64,000 bases of DNA, taken from positions 32,001 to 96,000 of the forward strand of contig CAXXUO010000002.1 of NCBI GenBank assembly GCA_963666485.2, read 5' to 3'. Position 1 is the stretch's first letter. Every line of letters begins with the position of its first letter. The notes below the pieces were generated by a model, which saw nothing but the letters and a program-made list of their open reading frames with translations, searched no databases and was not told where the DNA came from. Below, one piece after another: positions 19,106 through 29,786 of the stretch. This DNA is from Syntrophorhabdaceae bacterium. GTDB taxonomy: Bacteria; Desulfobacterota; Syntrophorhabdia; Syntrophorhabdales; Syntrophorhabdaceae. A program made the position numbers and the translations under genes.

Positions 19106-20094
19106 TCCCGAAGAAGAGACTCGTCCCTGCCATCATCATCGCCGTGATCGTGATCATAGCGGTCATTGTCGTCATCCGCTTTGTCAGCAATCGCGATGAC
19201 GGCACCATGCGGCTGTCGGGAAACGTCGAGGTGACCGAACATAATATCGGGTTCAAGGTTTCAGGCAAAATAGCGAAGCTCACCGTCGACGAAGGGGACC
19301 GCGTCAAACAGGGAGACCTGCTCGCCGAGCTGTCGAGCGGCGATGTGAAGGCCCTCGTCAACCAGAACCGTGCAGCCCTCGACGAAGCAAAGGTCAAACT
19401 TGCCGAACTGAAGGCCGGCTCGCGCAAACAGGAGGTAGGCCGGGCCCGCGCCGAATCGGCGTCGGTGGAGGCAGAACTTGTCCGGGCACGCAAAGACTTC
19501 GAGCGGGCTGAAATGCTCTACAACAACGGCGCGATATCGGCCTCCCGCTTCGATGCCGCGAAAAGCGCGTACGAGACGAGGACCGCACAGCTCAAAAGCG
19601 CAAGACAGCAGCAAAGCCTCGTTGAGGAAGGACCGCGCCGGGAGGATATCAAGGCGGCCGAGTTCCGTGTCGAGCAGCTTACGGCAGCAGTCGCCAATAC
19701 GGAGGATAAGCTCGCGGACACGAGACTCTCTGCGCCGATAACAGGCATCATCTTCCGCAAGAATGTCGAACTAGGCGAGATCGTCCAGCCGGGAGCCGCC
19801 ATCTTCGTCGTCGGCGACCTCGAGCGTCCCTGGGTGAAGGTCTACGTCAAGGAAGACAAGTTGAGCCTCGTCAAGCTCGGCCAGAAGGCCCGCATAACCG
19901 TGGACACGTACAAGAACCGTTATTATGAAGGCACCGTGACATTCATATCCTCCGATGCCGAGTTTACCCCGAAGAATGTCCAGACGCAGGAGGAACGCGT
20001 CAAGCTCGTTTTTGGCGTTAAGGTCACCGTCAAGAACCAGAACCAGGAGTTAAAGCCCGGCATGCCCGCGGATGTCAGGATCTTCCTGAGGTGA
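19102..20094 (+). CDS. HlyD-family periplasmic adaptor (YbhG-like)
   Basis: VDEGDRVKQGD, AEFTPKNVQTQEERVKLVF, LKPGMPAD. Confidence 0.92.
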   Translation: MIPKKRLVPAIIIAVIVIIAVIVVIRFVSNRDDGTMRLSGNVEVTEHNIGFKVSGKIAKLTVDEGDRVKQGDLLAELSSGDVKALVNQNRAALDEAKVKLAELKAGSRKQEVGRARAESASVEAELVRARKDFERAEMLYNNGAISASRFDAAKSAYETRTAQLKSARQQQSLVEEGPRREDIKAAEFRVEQLTAAVANTEDKLADTRLSAPITGIIFRKNVELGEIVQPGAAIFVVGDLERPWVKVYVKEDKLSLVKLGQKARITVDTYKNRYYEGTVTFISSDAEFTPKNVQTQEERVKLVFGVKVTVKNQNQELKPGMPADVRIFLR

Positions 20095-20097
20095 TCG

Positions 20098-21048
20098 ATG
20101 AACGATGCGGCGGTCATCACCTGTGAAACCCTGACAAAAGAATTCGGGCCGGTCAGGGCACTCGACGGCATTACCCTCGAAGTCCGCAAGGGGGAGCTAT
20201 TCGGGCTCGTGGGCCCTGACGGCGCCGGGAAATCGACGCTTATGCGCCTTTTGACGGCCGTCATGGAGCCGACATCCGGCGATGCGTGGGTGGCTTCGCA
20301 CCACATTCAAAAAGAACCGGAGCAGATCAAGGAAAAGATCGCCTACATGCCGCAGCGGTTTGGCCTCTACGAGGACCTCACCGTTATGGAAAATATCGTT
20401 TTCTACGCCGACATATTCAGCGTTCCCAAAAACGAACGCCCGTCGCGCATAGAAAAACTCCTCGGGTTCTCGAACCTTCAGCCCTTCACGGACAGGCTTG
20501 CGGGACAGCTCTCCGGCGGCATGAAGCAAAAGCTCGGCCTCGCATGCGCCCTCATCCACACCCCCCAGATCGTCTTTCTCGACGAGCCGACGAACGGCGT
20601 CGATCCCGTCTCGCGCAGGGATTTCTGGAAGATACTCTACGAATTGCTGAAAGAAGGGGTGACCATTTTCGTTTCCACATCCTATCTCGACGAGGCGGAA
20701 CGGTGTACCGAGATCGGCCTCATATACGAGGGCCGGCTCCTTGAAAAAGACACGCCGGGCGCGATCAAGGCGCGCCACGCCATGCCCATGATCGAGCTGT
20801 GGTCCCGGAACGCACGCGCCATCATGCAGACGCTGAAAGACGACCCGAGGGTGACGGGGATCGGCATATACGGCGACAGGCTCCATGTCGGGCTCAATGA
20901 CCGTGCCGACATACCGGCGCTGATGTCGTTTTTGTCGGAGAAGAAAAGCAGCGTCGAGGGATACCGGGAGATCGCGCCGTCGATAGAAGATATCTTCTTT
21001 TCGATGATCGGTGCAGGGACGACACATCCGGAAGAACAGCATGGATAA
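20098..21048 (+). CDS. ABC transporter ATP-binding protein
   Basis: GPDGAGKST, LSGGMKQK, LDEPTNGVDP. Confidence 0.95.
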   Translation: MNDAAVITCETLTKEFGPVRALDGITLEVRKGELFGLVGPDGAGKSTLMRLLTAVMEPTSGDAWVASHHIQKEPEQIKEKIAYMPQRFGLYEDLTVMENIVFYADIFSVPKNERPSRIEKLLGFSNLQPFTDRLAGQLSGGMKQKLGLACALIHTPQIVFLDEPTNGVDPVSRRDFWKILYELLKEGVTIFVSTSYLDEAERCTEIGLIYEGRLLEKDTPGAIKARHAMPMIELWSRNARAIMQTLKDDPRVTGIGIYGDRLHVGLNDRADIPALMSFLSEKKSSVEGYREIAPSIEDIFFSMIGAGTTHPEEQHG

Positions 21049-21988
21049 CACCTCCGGCCATAATTCAAATAACGATGCCGCTGTCACGGTAAAAGGCCTT
21101 ACACGGACATTCGGCCAATTCAGGGCGGTCGACAACATCGATCTCAGCGTAAGCCGCGGCGAGGTCTTCGGGTTCTTAGGCCCGAACGGCGCCGGGAAAT
21201 CGACGACGATCCGGATGCTGTGCGGGCTTTTGCTCCCGACGAGCGGGGAAGGCACGGTCGGCGGCTTCGACGTCATGACACAATCCGAGGAGATCAAGAA
21301 GAACATCGGGTACATGTCGCAAAAGTTCTCCCTGTACGACGACCTGACGATCGAGGAGAATATCGATTTTTTCAGCGGGATCTACGGCGTCCCCGACGAA
21401 AAGAAAAACGAGCGCAAGGAGTGGGTGCTCGACATGGCGGGCATCGCGGATATGCGCGGGGCCATTACCCGCACCATGGCGAGCGGTTTCAAACAGCGCC
21501 TTGCGCTCGGGTGCGCCGTCATACACGAGCCGCCCATCATCTTCCTCGACGAGCCGACGTCCGGCGTCGACCCTATATCGCGCCGCCGGTTCTGGAACCT
21601 GATATATGACCTGTCGTCCCGGGGGACAACCGTTTTCGTTACGACCCACTACCTCGATGAAGCGGAGTATTGCGACCGCCTCGCGCTTATATACCGCGGA
21701 AAGATCATCGCGGAAGGCCGGCCGGACATCATGAAAAAAGAGTACATGCACAAGGAGATCCTCGAGATCTCGGCTTCCCCGGTGATAGATGCCCTTGACG
21801 TCCTCGGAAAGGAAGGTTTCGATGCCGCGCTCTTCGGCAGCGTTATCCATGCGACCGTGGACGACGCGGCGTCGGCGGCCCCCCGCATCGAATCGCTGCT
21901 TAACGCGGCCCATATTACGGCGTCTCATATCGAACAGATACGCCCTTCGCTCGAGGACGTGTTCGTGTCCCTGATCGAGGTGTCCTGA
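21041..21988 (+). CDS. ABC transporter ATP-binding protein
   Basis: GPNGAGKST, GYMSQKFSLY, LDEPTSGVDP; start moved to ATG 21041. Confidence 0.93.
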   Translation: MDNTSGHNSNNDAAVTVKGLTRTFGQFRAVDNIDLSVSRGEVFGFLGPNGAGKSTTIRMLCGLLLPTSGEGTVGGFDVMTQSEEIKKNIGYMSQKFSLYDDLTIEENIDFFSGIYGVPDEKKNERKEWVLDMAGIADMRGAITRTMASGFKQRLALGCAVIHEPPIIFLDEPTSGVDPISRRRFWNLIYDLSSRGTTVFVTTHYLDEAEYCDRLALIYRGKIIAEGRPDIMKKEYMHKEILEISASPVIDALDVLGKEGFDAALFGSVIHATVDDAASAAPRIESLLNAAHITASHIEQIRPSLEDVFVSLIEVS

Positions 21989-23097
21989 TGGACCTCAACC
22001 GCATGTGGGCAATGGCGCGCAAGGAGACGATACAGATCCGCAGGGACCCGTTGAGCCTGGCGCTCGCGTTCTTCATGCCGGTCATGCTCCTGTTCATCTT
22101 CGGATACGCGATCACCGTCGACGTGGACCGGCTCCCGACGATCGTCTACGACCGGGACATGTCGAGCTTGAGCCGTGAGGTGGTACGCGGGCTCGAGGCG
22201 TCCGGTTATTTCACGATCGTGGAATACGTGCGGAACCCGAAGCGCATTGACGCCGCTCTTGACGAAGGGTCCGCGAGGGTAGCCATCTCTTTCCCCGAGG
22301 ATTTCACCCGGTATGCCAGGGCCGGAAGGGCGGCGCACCTGCAGGTCATTGTCGACGGCAGCGATTCCAACACGGCCACGATAGCGCTCGGGTACCTGAA
22401 CCAGGCGCTCGAACTGGCAAGCCGGCGGGCGGGGCTCACCTCCGCAATTCCCGTCATCGATGTCCGCCCCCGGGTCTGGTATAACCCCGAGCTCAAATCG
22501 CGCAACTTTATCGTGCCGGGCCTCATCGCCGTGATCATGGCGATCATTGCGGCGCTTCTCACCTCGCTTACCATTGCCCGCGAATGGGAACGCGGCACAA
22601 TGGAACAGATCATCTCGACCCCCGTGAAACCCGCCGAGATCATCGTCGGGAAGCTCATACCCTATTTCGCGATCGGCATCATCGATACGGTCATGTCGAT
22701 CGTCATCGTCGTCTTTCTTTTCGGGGTTCCCCTGAAGGGCAGTTTCCTCCTCCTCCTTTTTATCTCGTCCCTTTTCATGTTCGGGGGCTTGAGCCTCGGG
22801 ATACTCATATCGATCGCGACGAAATCCCAGCTGGCATCGAGCCAGATCTCCGTTATCACATCGTACCTCCCTGCCCTTCTCCTGTCGGGTTTCATGTTCT
22901 CGATCCTCAATATGCCCATACCGCTGCAGGTGATCACGCGGCTCATTCCCGCACGGTATTTCGTGTCCGCCATAAAGGGGATATTTCTCAAGGGGAACAC
23001 GGCCGGGATGCTGCTCGGCGAAATGGCTCTTCTTGCATTGTTCGGCGCCGTCGTATTTTTCCTTGCCGTCAAGAAATTCAAGAAGCGGGTGACCTGA
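21988..23097 (+). CDS. ABC-2 permease (YbhS-like)
   Basis: KETIQIRRDP, DGSDSN, WYNPELKS, AREWERGTMEQ. Confidence 0.93.
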   Translation: MDLNRMWAMARKETIQIRRDPLSLALAFFMPVMLLFIFGYAITVDVDRLPTIVYDRDMSSLSREVVRGLEASGYFTIVEYVRNPKRIDAALDEGSARVAISFPEDFTRYARAGRAAHLQVIVDGSDSNTATIALGYLNQALELASRRAGLTSAIPVIDVRPRVWYNPELKSRNFIVPGLIAVIMAIIAALLTSLTIAREWERGTMEQIISTPVKPAEIIVGKLIPYFAIGIIDTVMSIVIVVFLFGVPLKGSFLLLLFISSLFMFGGLSLGILISIATKSQLASSQISVITSYLPALLLSGFMFSILNMPIPLQVITRLIPARYFVSAIKGIFLKGNTAGMLLGEMALLALFGAVVFFLAVKKFKKRVT

Positions 23098-23099
23098 CG

Positions 23100-24224
23100 A
23101 TGAGAGACACGCTGCGCCGCATAAAATACATGGTCAAGAAAGAGTTCATACAGATCTTCCGGGACAGGAAGATGAAGCCGATCATTTTTGTCACACCCGT
23201 CCTGCAGCTCATTGTATTCGGTTACGCGGTGACGATGGATGTCGCGAACATCAGGACGGCAGTGTACGATCTCGACAAGACGTCCGTGACCCGCGAGATA
23301 GCGCGGCGCTTCGAGTCGTCGGGATACTTCCGGATCGTGGCATACCCCGGGTCGGATACTGAAGTCAAGGAACTACTCGACAGGGGCGATGCGACTGTCG
23401 TGCTGAGCTTCGACCACGGGTTCACATCGGACCTCGAGGCGCGCCGGAGGCCGGCGCTGCAGGTGCTTCTCGACGGGACAGATTCCAATACCGCGCAGGT
23501 TGCAGCAGGGTATGCAAGCGGCATCATAATGCAGTTCAGCCAGGACCTCATCATGAAGACGGCCTACCGGGCACAGGGCGGGTATCTCGACGTACAGCCG
23601 CGGGCGTGGTACAACGCCGACCTCAAGAGCAAGAATTACAATGTCCCGGGCGTCATAGCGATCATGGTCTTTCTCGTCTGCCTCCTCCTGACCGCTATGG
23701 CCATCGTCCGGGAACGCGAGATCGGCACCATGGAGCAGCTCATGGTGACCCCGATACGGCCCGCCGAGCTCATACTCGGCAAGACCATCCCTTTTGCCGC
23801 TATCGGGTTCTTCGACACGTTCCTGGTCACGCTGGTCGGAACACTATGGTTCGAGGTGCCGATCAGGGGCTCCATACCTCTTTTGTCGCTGGCCACCGCC
23901 GTGTACCTTCTCTCCGTTCTCGGGTTCGGCCTTTTCATCTCGACCATTTCGCGCACACAGCAGCAGGCAATGATGGCATCTTTCCTTTTCTTTGCACCCG
24001 CCATCCTCCTCTCGGGGCTCATGTTCCCGATCGAGAATATGCCCCTTGCGGTACAGCTTGTCACATACCTGAACCCCCTGCGTTATTTTCTCATCATCAT
24101 CCGCGGCGTCTTCCTGAAAGGCAGCGGCATAGCCATACTCTGGCCGCAGTTCCTCGCGCTTTTCATACTCGGCGTTTCCGTCGTCGCGACAAGCTCGCTG
24201 AGGTTTAAGAAGAGATTGAATTAG
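23100..24224 (+). CDS. ABC-2 permease (YbhR-like)
   Basis: KEFIQIFRD, DGTDSN, VREREIGTMEQLMVTP; start moved to ATG 23100. Confidence 0.93.
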   Translation: MRDTLRRIKYMVKKEFIQIFRDRKMKPIIFVTPVLQLIVFGYAVTMDVANIRTAVYDLDKTSVTREIARRFESSGYFRIVAYPGSDTEVKELLDRGDATVVLSFDHGFTSDLEARRRPALQVLLDGTDSNTAQVAAGYASGIIMQFSQDLIMKTAYRAQGGYLDVQPRAWYNADLKSKNYNVPGVIAIMVFLVCLLLTAMAIVREREIGTMEQLMVTPIRPAELILGKTIPFAAIGFFDTFLVTLVGTLWFEVPIRGSIPLLSLATAVYLLSVLGFGLFISTISRTQQQAMMASFLFFAPAILLSGLMFPIENMPLAVQLVTYLNPLRYFLIIIRGVFLKGSGIAILWPQFLALFILGVSVVATSSLRFKKRLN

Positions 24225-24265
24225 AAACGGCGTCACGGTTCATGTTTCAAGTTTCAGGTTTCTCT

Positions 24266-24411
24266 CCGTCATTCCGGCGAAGGCCGGAATCCAGTGTTTT
24301 TGCTTTTATTCTTTAGGGATATATTGATCTGTGGCAACCGCCCGTTGACAAGTGCCGCCCGGAAGACAGCTTCAAAGAGGCACTGGATTCCGGCCTTCGC
24401 CGGAATGACGG
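24266..24411. repeat. inverted REP doublet (CGTC-tagged, REPIN-like)
   Basis: CCGTCATTCCGGCGAAGGCCGGAATCCAGTG ... CACTGGATTCCGGCCTTCGCCGGAATGACGG. Confidence 0.9.
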
Positions 24412-24542
24412 TATTGAAGATTGGTTGCGACACAATTTTAAGAGGTGAAACCCAGCGTGTTCCCTTCAGTTCCGGCTCGCCCAAAAAAGGTTTGATTGTT
24501 GGCAAGATCAATGTTTCAATCTAAAGAATCCTCGGTGGGCGT

Positions 24543-25466
24543 GTGAAAAAAAGTAAACTTATCCTGATCTTCTTGTGTACCGCCATGGTCCTTCTCTCCT
24601 GTTCCGGTCCGGAAAAGAGGGAGAAAGGGCAGAGGCCGCCTGTCGCTCCCCGGACGGCGTTCGTGTCGACGATGTATGATACGAAGCCGTTCAATATCGG
24701 CACCGGGGAGCTTGTTCCGGGATATACGGGGCATAACGCCGAGCTCCTGTGCAATTCCATCCGCCTGCGGCAGGAGATAGTGAAGCAGCATCCCGGTGAA
24801 ACTGCCGCACAGCACAGGTCGCGTATTGCCGGGGATATCCACGCGCCCCTTATGGGTTCTCTCGATTTCGACAGCATATACGCATTCAGGATAGCGCCGG
24901 CAAAGAAGGTGTACGACGCCGGCCTGAAGAAGCTCGAGGTGAGCTTAAGCCTCATCCCTATATTCGAAAAAGGCATCGAGACCACCAGGAAGGCCTTCAT
25001 GGTCCGGTACCAGCCTCAGCTCGATAACTCGTACTTCATTACGGGCAAGGACGGTGCAAAGAAAGTCATCGAGGAGAAAAAATTCCTCGAGTATTCGATC
25101 GTGCCTGTCGACGGGGCCGGATCGCCCGCCGAAACGAGGGACTCTATCTCAACAGTTGTCCCCATGACGCAGGAGGAGCTCCGGAAAACCGAGGCCGACG
25201 TCATGTTCCTCGTGATCGGCAGACTGCAGTCCCCGTACATTTCGTACGAAGAGATAAACAAAAATCCCCAGCCCGGCGCCTCCGGCACGTATCTCGGCCG
25301 GTACTACTACCTGCACATACATATTGTCGATGTGTGGATTTATGACATGGCGAACGGGAAGGTGCTGCAGAAAAACTGGTTCAAAGTTCAAAGTTCAACG
25401 AAAAAGACGGGAAATAAAAACTTCCTTCCACGTTCCGCGTTCCAGCTTTCGCTTGTCGCTTTTTAA
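24543..25466 (+). CDS. hypothetical lipoprotein
   Basis: MKK + hydrophobic stretch + LLSC lipobox; the C-terminal ~30 aa are read through a heptamer module. Confidence 0.7.
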   Translation: MKKSKLILIFLCTAMVLLSCSGPEKREKGQRPPVAPRTAFVSTMYDTKPFNIGTGELVPGYTGHNAELLCNSIRLRQEIVKQHPGETAAQHRSRIAGDIHAPLMGSLDFDSIYAFRIAPAKKVYDAGLKKLEVSLSLIPIFEKGIETTRKAFMVRYQPQLDNSYFITGKDGAKKVIEEKKFLEYSIVPVDGAGSPAETRDSISTVVPMTQEELRKTEADVMFLVIGRLQSPYISYEEINKNPQPGASGTYLGRYYYLHIHIVDVWIYDMANGKVLQKNWFKVQSSTKKTGNKNFLPRSAFQLSLVAF

Positions 25467-25490
25467 CCTTGAACCTTGAACCTTGAACCG
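25378..25490. repeat. heptamer-bracketed module: (G/A)GTTCAA ... TTGAACC
   Basis: Inverted 7-mer arrays with inner GTTCCAC-like copies. Confidence 0.85.
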
Positions 25491-25539
25491 TTTACCAAGA
25501 GCGCTTGTTTTAATCGTCTTTACCTGTGTACAATACAAT

Positions 25540-26319
25540 ATGGCGGCATTTCGAAATCCTGACTTTGCACGGGCGTATCACAGGAAGGGGGAGGCGTGCC
25601 GCGATATCGGGAACAATGAGCTGGCGCTGAAGAATTACATCCGGGCGACCGAGCTCGACTACGAATTCCTGGATGCCTTCCTTGACCTCGGCGACCTTTT
25701 GCGTGACCTGGGCGATTTTAAGCGGGCGGCGGAGAACTACACGAAGGCCATCGAGCTTGAGCCGACGCGGACGGAGTCATACATGAGCCGTGCGCACGTG
25801 TACGGGGCCATGGGTAAGCATGAGCTCGAGGTTGCCGATTACGACAGCGCCATCACCCTTATGCCGCACAACCCGATCCTCCACGGCAGGCGCGGAGCCG
25901 CGCTCATCCTGCTGAAAAGATATGAAGAGGCGATAGATGACTATTCGGTCCTCCTAGCACTGAAACCCACCTTTCTCTGGGTACGCGTCATCAGGGGCGA
26001 TGCCTATGCGGCGATTGGGATGAACACGGAAGCCATCGATGATTACACCACATTCATCAAGCTTCATCCCGAGTACGCCGAGACCTATGTCAGCCGGGGA
26101 CGAGCCTGGCACAATCTCCGTGAGTACGATAAGGCCATCGGGGATTACGATAAGGCCATTGAATTGAGCCCGGACCTCGCCGAGGCGTATTACCACCGCG
26201 GGCTATCCCGGGAAGCCCTCGACATGACAATGCCCGCCATCGCCGATTACCGCATGGCCGCCCAGCTCGGTGATGAAAAAGCCATAAAGCTCCTGAAGAA
26301 ACGGAAGATATTCCAATAA
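25540..26319 (+). CDS. tetratricopeptide repeat protein
   Basis: Repeated AY..RG....A..DY..AI.L.P 34-aa units; start moved to ATG 25540. Confidence 0.9.
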   Translation: MAAFRNPDFARAYHRKGEACRDIGNNELALKNYIRATELDYEFLDAFLDLGDLLRDLGDFKRAAENYTKAIELEPTRTESYMSRAHVYGAMGKHELEVADYDSAITLMPHNPILHGRRGAALILLKRYEEAIDDYSVLLALKPTFLWVRVIRGDAYAAIGMNTEAIDDYTTFIKLHPEYAETYVSRGRAWHNLREYDKAIGDYDKAIELSPDLAEAYYHRGLSREALDMTMPAIADYRMAAQLGDEKAIKLLKKRKIFQ

Positions 26320-26324
26320 AAACC

Positions 26325-26527
26325 GGTTCAAAGTTCAAGGTTCAAAGTTCAAGGTTAAAAGCAAAACAACGTAGAACCTTAAAAACCTTGGATCCCGGTG
26401 TTAAGCACCGGGATGACGGCAATGTTTTGGCCGGTGCGCCGGGTGAACGTTTTTTACGTGGAACGTGGAACGTGGAACCCGAAACCATCTTTTAACCTTG
26501 AACTTTGAACCTTGAACCTTGAACCGT
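26325..26527. repeat. nested heptamer/REP module between convergent genes
   Basis: GGTTCAA array, REP 26386-26419, GTGGAAC array, TTGAACC array. Confidence 0.88.
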
Positions 26528-26593
26528 TTTTAGAAGGGGGTGCCGGTCCTGTTCCGGGATGAAAGCAGGACTGGATGTATGGAGTGCGGTCTG

Positions 26594-27886
26594 TTAACCG
26601 GCTTCAGTTGCTATGGTTTCTCTTTCACCGGCATCGCTTTCAACGAACACCGGTTCTGCGGCGACCACGGGGATCCTGCGCACGAGCGGCCACTTGTCAA
26701 AAAACGTGTTGTAATAAAGAAAGCACATGAGGAAAACGAACTGCCCGGCGAGGATGCCCATGACCGGAAATCCGTACCCGAGGTCATTGGCGCCGAAGGG
26801 AAGTGACCGGAACGTCTTGAGCCATATGAAACCAAGCGTGAGGCCCAGCGTGATCCAGATGCCGATCCTGACGAAAATGCGGGCAGCCTGGTTCTTCACC
26901 AGGTCCTGGGACGGGTAATCGTCGAATACGTGGTGCCACAACAGCGTCGCTATAACGATGGACAGTGCGATGGACGCGACAGGGACGTCCGCAGGGACAC
27001 CCGGCATGAGGTTGAGCGGATGAATGACGGCCTGCAGGATGCGCAGCATGCCGTAGCTCATGACAAGGGTGATGCCGAGCCCGATAATGCCCATCAGCGG
27101 CTGTTTCTTCGCAAAGAATTTCATCGGGTAATTCTCCCCTCCCTCCGCCGGGACAAGGAAACACCAGATGAAACATTGTGCATAGGCGACAAACGTGGGC
27201 CAGGAGCCCATCGGCTTGGAGACGATGTGATGGCCGCCGATGCTGAGGTTTAAAAGGCTCGGAAGGACCAGGGCAAACCATGCCAGGAGACAGAAATAAG
27301 AGCTCAGCGACATCGCACCCACACCGTCCCACGGGGACTTGATATTCCCGGCGAATGGCCATTTATGGAATAATGCGACATACCCGATGTTCGCGAGGAT
27401 AACGGTAAGTGCATAAAAATTGCTCGCCTCCCAGCCCTCGATCGCCAGGTGGACTTCCTCGATATTCTGCGGGGTAAAAAGGATGGAGAGGCTGAACGGC
27501 TTCCACCAGATGCCCGTGAAGCCGGTGACGATCAAAAAGCCGACAAGTCCGACGCCAAGGCCGACAAGCGTGTACCAGATGCCGGCGCCGGGCTGGCGCT
27601 TCGTCAGGGCGTATTTGCCATACCCGCCGAAGACGAGGGTCTGCCATATCCATGCATTGATTATCATCCAGAAGAAGGTCGCCTCGGCAAACACCTGGAC
27701 GAATTTCCCGGCGGTTTTCGCATCGACCGCCTGAAGCCCCGGTGCGCCAAGCGAGAGGATGATATATCGTGAGACCGATCCCCAGGCAGGCCAGTAGATA
27801 AGGCTTGCGATAAAGCAGATGGCGAAAGCGGCAGCTCCTGTTGCAACCGGGCTTTTAAAGCTGCGTTTGATGACAAATTCGTTCAT
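26594..27886 (-). CDS. polytopic membrane protein with internal repeats; candidate aromatic-acid permease
   Basis: About 10 hydrophobic segments; recurring F-x-x-[WY]-P...K-x-[QS]-P-x-x-G loop motif; downstream of the benzoate-CoA ligase. Confidence 0.7.
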   Translation of the reverse strand: MNEFVIKRSFKSPVATGAAAFAICFIASLIYWPAWGSVSRYIILSLGAPGLQAVDAKTAGKFVQVFAEATFFWMIINAWIWQTLVFGGYGKYALTKRQPGAGIWYTLVGLGVGLVGFLIVTGFTGIWWKPFSLSILFTPQNIEEVHLAIEGWEASNFYALTVILANIGYVALFHKWPFAGNIKSPWDGVGAMSLSSYFCLLAWFALVLPSLLNLSIGGHHIVSKPMGSWPTFVAYAQCFIWCFLVPAEGGENYPMKFFAKKQPLMGIIGLGITLVMSYGMLRILQAVIHPLNLMPGVPADVPVASIALSIVIATLLWHHVFDDYPSQDLVKNQAARIFVRIGIWITLGLTLGFIWLKTFRSLPFGANDLGYGFPVMGILAGQFVFLMCFLYYNTFFDKWPLVRRIPVVAAEPVFVESDAGERETIATEAG

Positions 27887-28024
27887 AATGCCCCCCTGAA
27901 AAGCGTAAGTCGTGAGTCGTTTAAGGAGATGTATTCAGACACCGGGCGCCTCTTCCCGGCATACTGTGCGCGGTGCCGGAGAAGCCCATTTCTTCCCCGG
28001 CACCGCACCGAACATATTCCTTTA

Positions 28025-28180
28025 TCATTCACCGTGAGTCGCGCCCGGATCGCCCTTCATGGCGGACCTGGCGAAAAGCCATCCATAGTGCGGGAGCTTT
28101 TCCTGCGTGTATTGCATGAGCTCGATGGCTGCTGCACGATCTTCGCCCATCTCCCTGTTTTCATGTCTTGTGATGTCCAT
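28025..28180 (-). CDS. 51-aa small protein (not in ORF track)
   Basis: MDITRHENREMGEDRAAAIELMQYTQEKLPHYGWLFARSAMKGDPGATHGE; GGAGGG SD 7 nt upstream; lies between the ligase and the membrane gene. Confidence 0.55.
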   Translation of the reverse strand: MDITRHENREMGEDRAAAIELMQYTQEKLPHYGWLFARSAMKGDPGATHGE

Positions 28181-28217
28181 GGATCATCCCTCCATAGCGT
28201 ATTGGTCGTGCAAACTT

Positions 28218-29738
28218 CTATTTTCTCAACCGGAACCTCTGGATCTTTCCTGTTGCGGTCTTCGGAAGCTCTTCGACGAAATAGACGTCGCGGAGCCATT
28301 TGTATTTCGGAAGCCTTTCGCTGACGAACTTCAGGATCTCGCTCGTAAGCTCATCCTTGCCCGAGCGGTCGACAAAACCCTCATTAAGAGATACGTAACC
28401 GAATGCCTTGGAAAGCCCCTCGACGTCATGGCCGACTACCGCTGCCTCATTGACCGCCTTATGCTGGATGAGAACGTTCTCGATCTCGACGGGGGATACC
28501 CAGATGCCGCCGACCTTCAGCATGTCGTCGCCGCGGCCCTGGTATGTAAAGTACCCGTTTTCCTGCGTGTACATGTCGCCTGTCTTGAACCAGCCGTCAT
28601 CGGTGAATTTCTCCGCATTGGTCTCGGGTTTCTGCCAGTAGCCTCTTGTGATGCTCTCACCGCGGATGATAAGCTGTCCGCCCTCTCCTTCTTTCACCTC
28701 GTTGCCTTCATCGTCGATGATCTTCGCCTCGTAACCGCGTACGACGCGGCCCGATGCTCCCGGTTTGACATCGCCGGGCGTGTTCGAGATGAAGATATGG
28801 AGGGCTTCGGTCGACCCTATGCCGTCCAAGATCTCGAGACCTGTCTGCTCCTTCCATTTGTTGAAGATCTCCGGCGGAAGGGCCTCACCGGCCGACGCGC
28901 ATACACGGACGGAACTGAATGCACCCGCTCCGGTAGTATCCATTTTCTTCAACACCGAGTTGTACTGCGTCGGAACGCCGAAGAACACGGTCGGTTTAAA
29001 AGAAGCAACGGTCTCCATCACACTTTCGGGACTCGGAGGGGTAGACAGGAGCACCACTGATGCGCCGTGTCTGAAGGGAATATGGAGACCGTTACCAAGA
29101 CCATATGCAAAGAAAAGTTTGCTGACTGAATAACATATATCGCTTTCCGTCATACCGATAACATGTGTCCCGTAATTGTCGGCGGAATGGATCATATCGA
29201 TATGCCTGTGGGGAACGCCTTTCGGCCTGCCGGTGCTGCCGGAGCTGTAAAGCCAGAATGCGACGTCCTCTTTGCGCGACGGGTACACCTCGGCCTTGTC
29301 GGACGCGGACTCCATGAGGGTATCGAGGCCGTGGTCCGCAAGCAGTTTGTAGCAGAACTGCGTCGCCTTCGCGTTCGCAGCGCTGCTGTCGTGGACCGTC
29401 ACGAGGACCCTGGCGTCGCTGTTGTCCAGCATGTATTCATAATCCTTCTCCTGGAGCATGGTATTGACCGCGACCGGCCATGCGCCGTACTTGATGCTCC
29501 CGAGGAATGCGTACATGAATGTCGGGGTGTCGGGAAGAACGATCATGACCCGCTCGGTCGGCTTCACGCCAAGTGCTTTCAGCACGTTTGCGAACTTGTT
29601 GACGTTCTTCTCAAGGGTTTTGTACGTCACTTTTTCTTCCCCGCAGAATATGGCCACTTTATCACCGCGAAGTGCAACGTTCCTGTCGAGAAGTTCCGAC
29701 GCTGCGTTAAATATTTTGTCTTCCTGCAGATCTTTCAT
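28218..29738 (-). CDS. benzoate-CoA ligase family protein
   Basis: FWLYSSGSTGRPKG, KLFFAYGLGN, SAGEALP, DGIGSTEALHIF, LPKTATGKIQR; start moved to ATG 29738. Confidence 0.92.
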   Translation of the reverse strand: MKDLQEDKIFNAASELLDRNVALRGDKVAIFCGEEKVTYKTLEKNVNKFANVLKALGVKPTERVMIVLPDTPTFMYAFLGSIKYGAWPVAVNTMLQEKDYEYMLDNSDARVLVTVHDSSAANAKATQFCYKLLADHGLDTLMESASDKAEVYPSRKEDVAFWLYSSGSTGRPKGVPHRHIDMIHSADNYGTHVIGMTESDICYSVSKLFFAYGLGNGLHIPFRHGASVVLLSTPPSPESVMETVASFKPTVFFGVPTQYNSVLKKMDTTGAGAFSSVRVCASAGEALPPEIFNKWKEQTGLEILDGIGSTEALHIFISNTPGDVKPGASGRVVRGYEAKIIDDEGNEVKEGEGGQLIIRGESITRGYWQKPETNAEKFTDDGWFKTGDMYTQENGYFTYQGRGDDMLKVGGIWVSPVEIENVLIQHKAVNEAAVVGHDVEGLSKAFGYVSLNEGFVDRSGKDELTSEILKFVSERLPKYKWLRDVYFVEELPKTATGKIQRFRLRK

Positions 29739-29786
29739 CTCCAACCCCTTTTTAAAATGTTTTGAATTGCTCATGCCCGTTCTTAA

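Noticed and set aside
22584..23099. N-terminal extension making a 546-aa permease
   Set aside because: Overlaps the upstream permease in another frame; family similarity begins at ATG 23100
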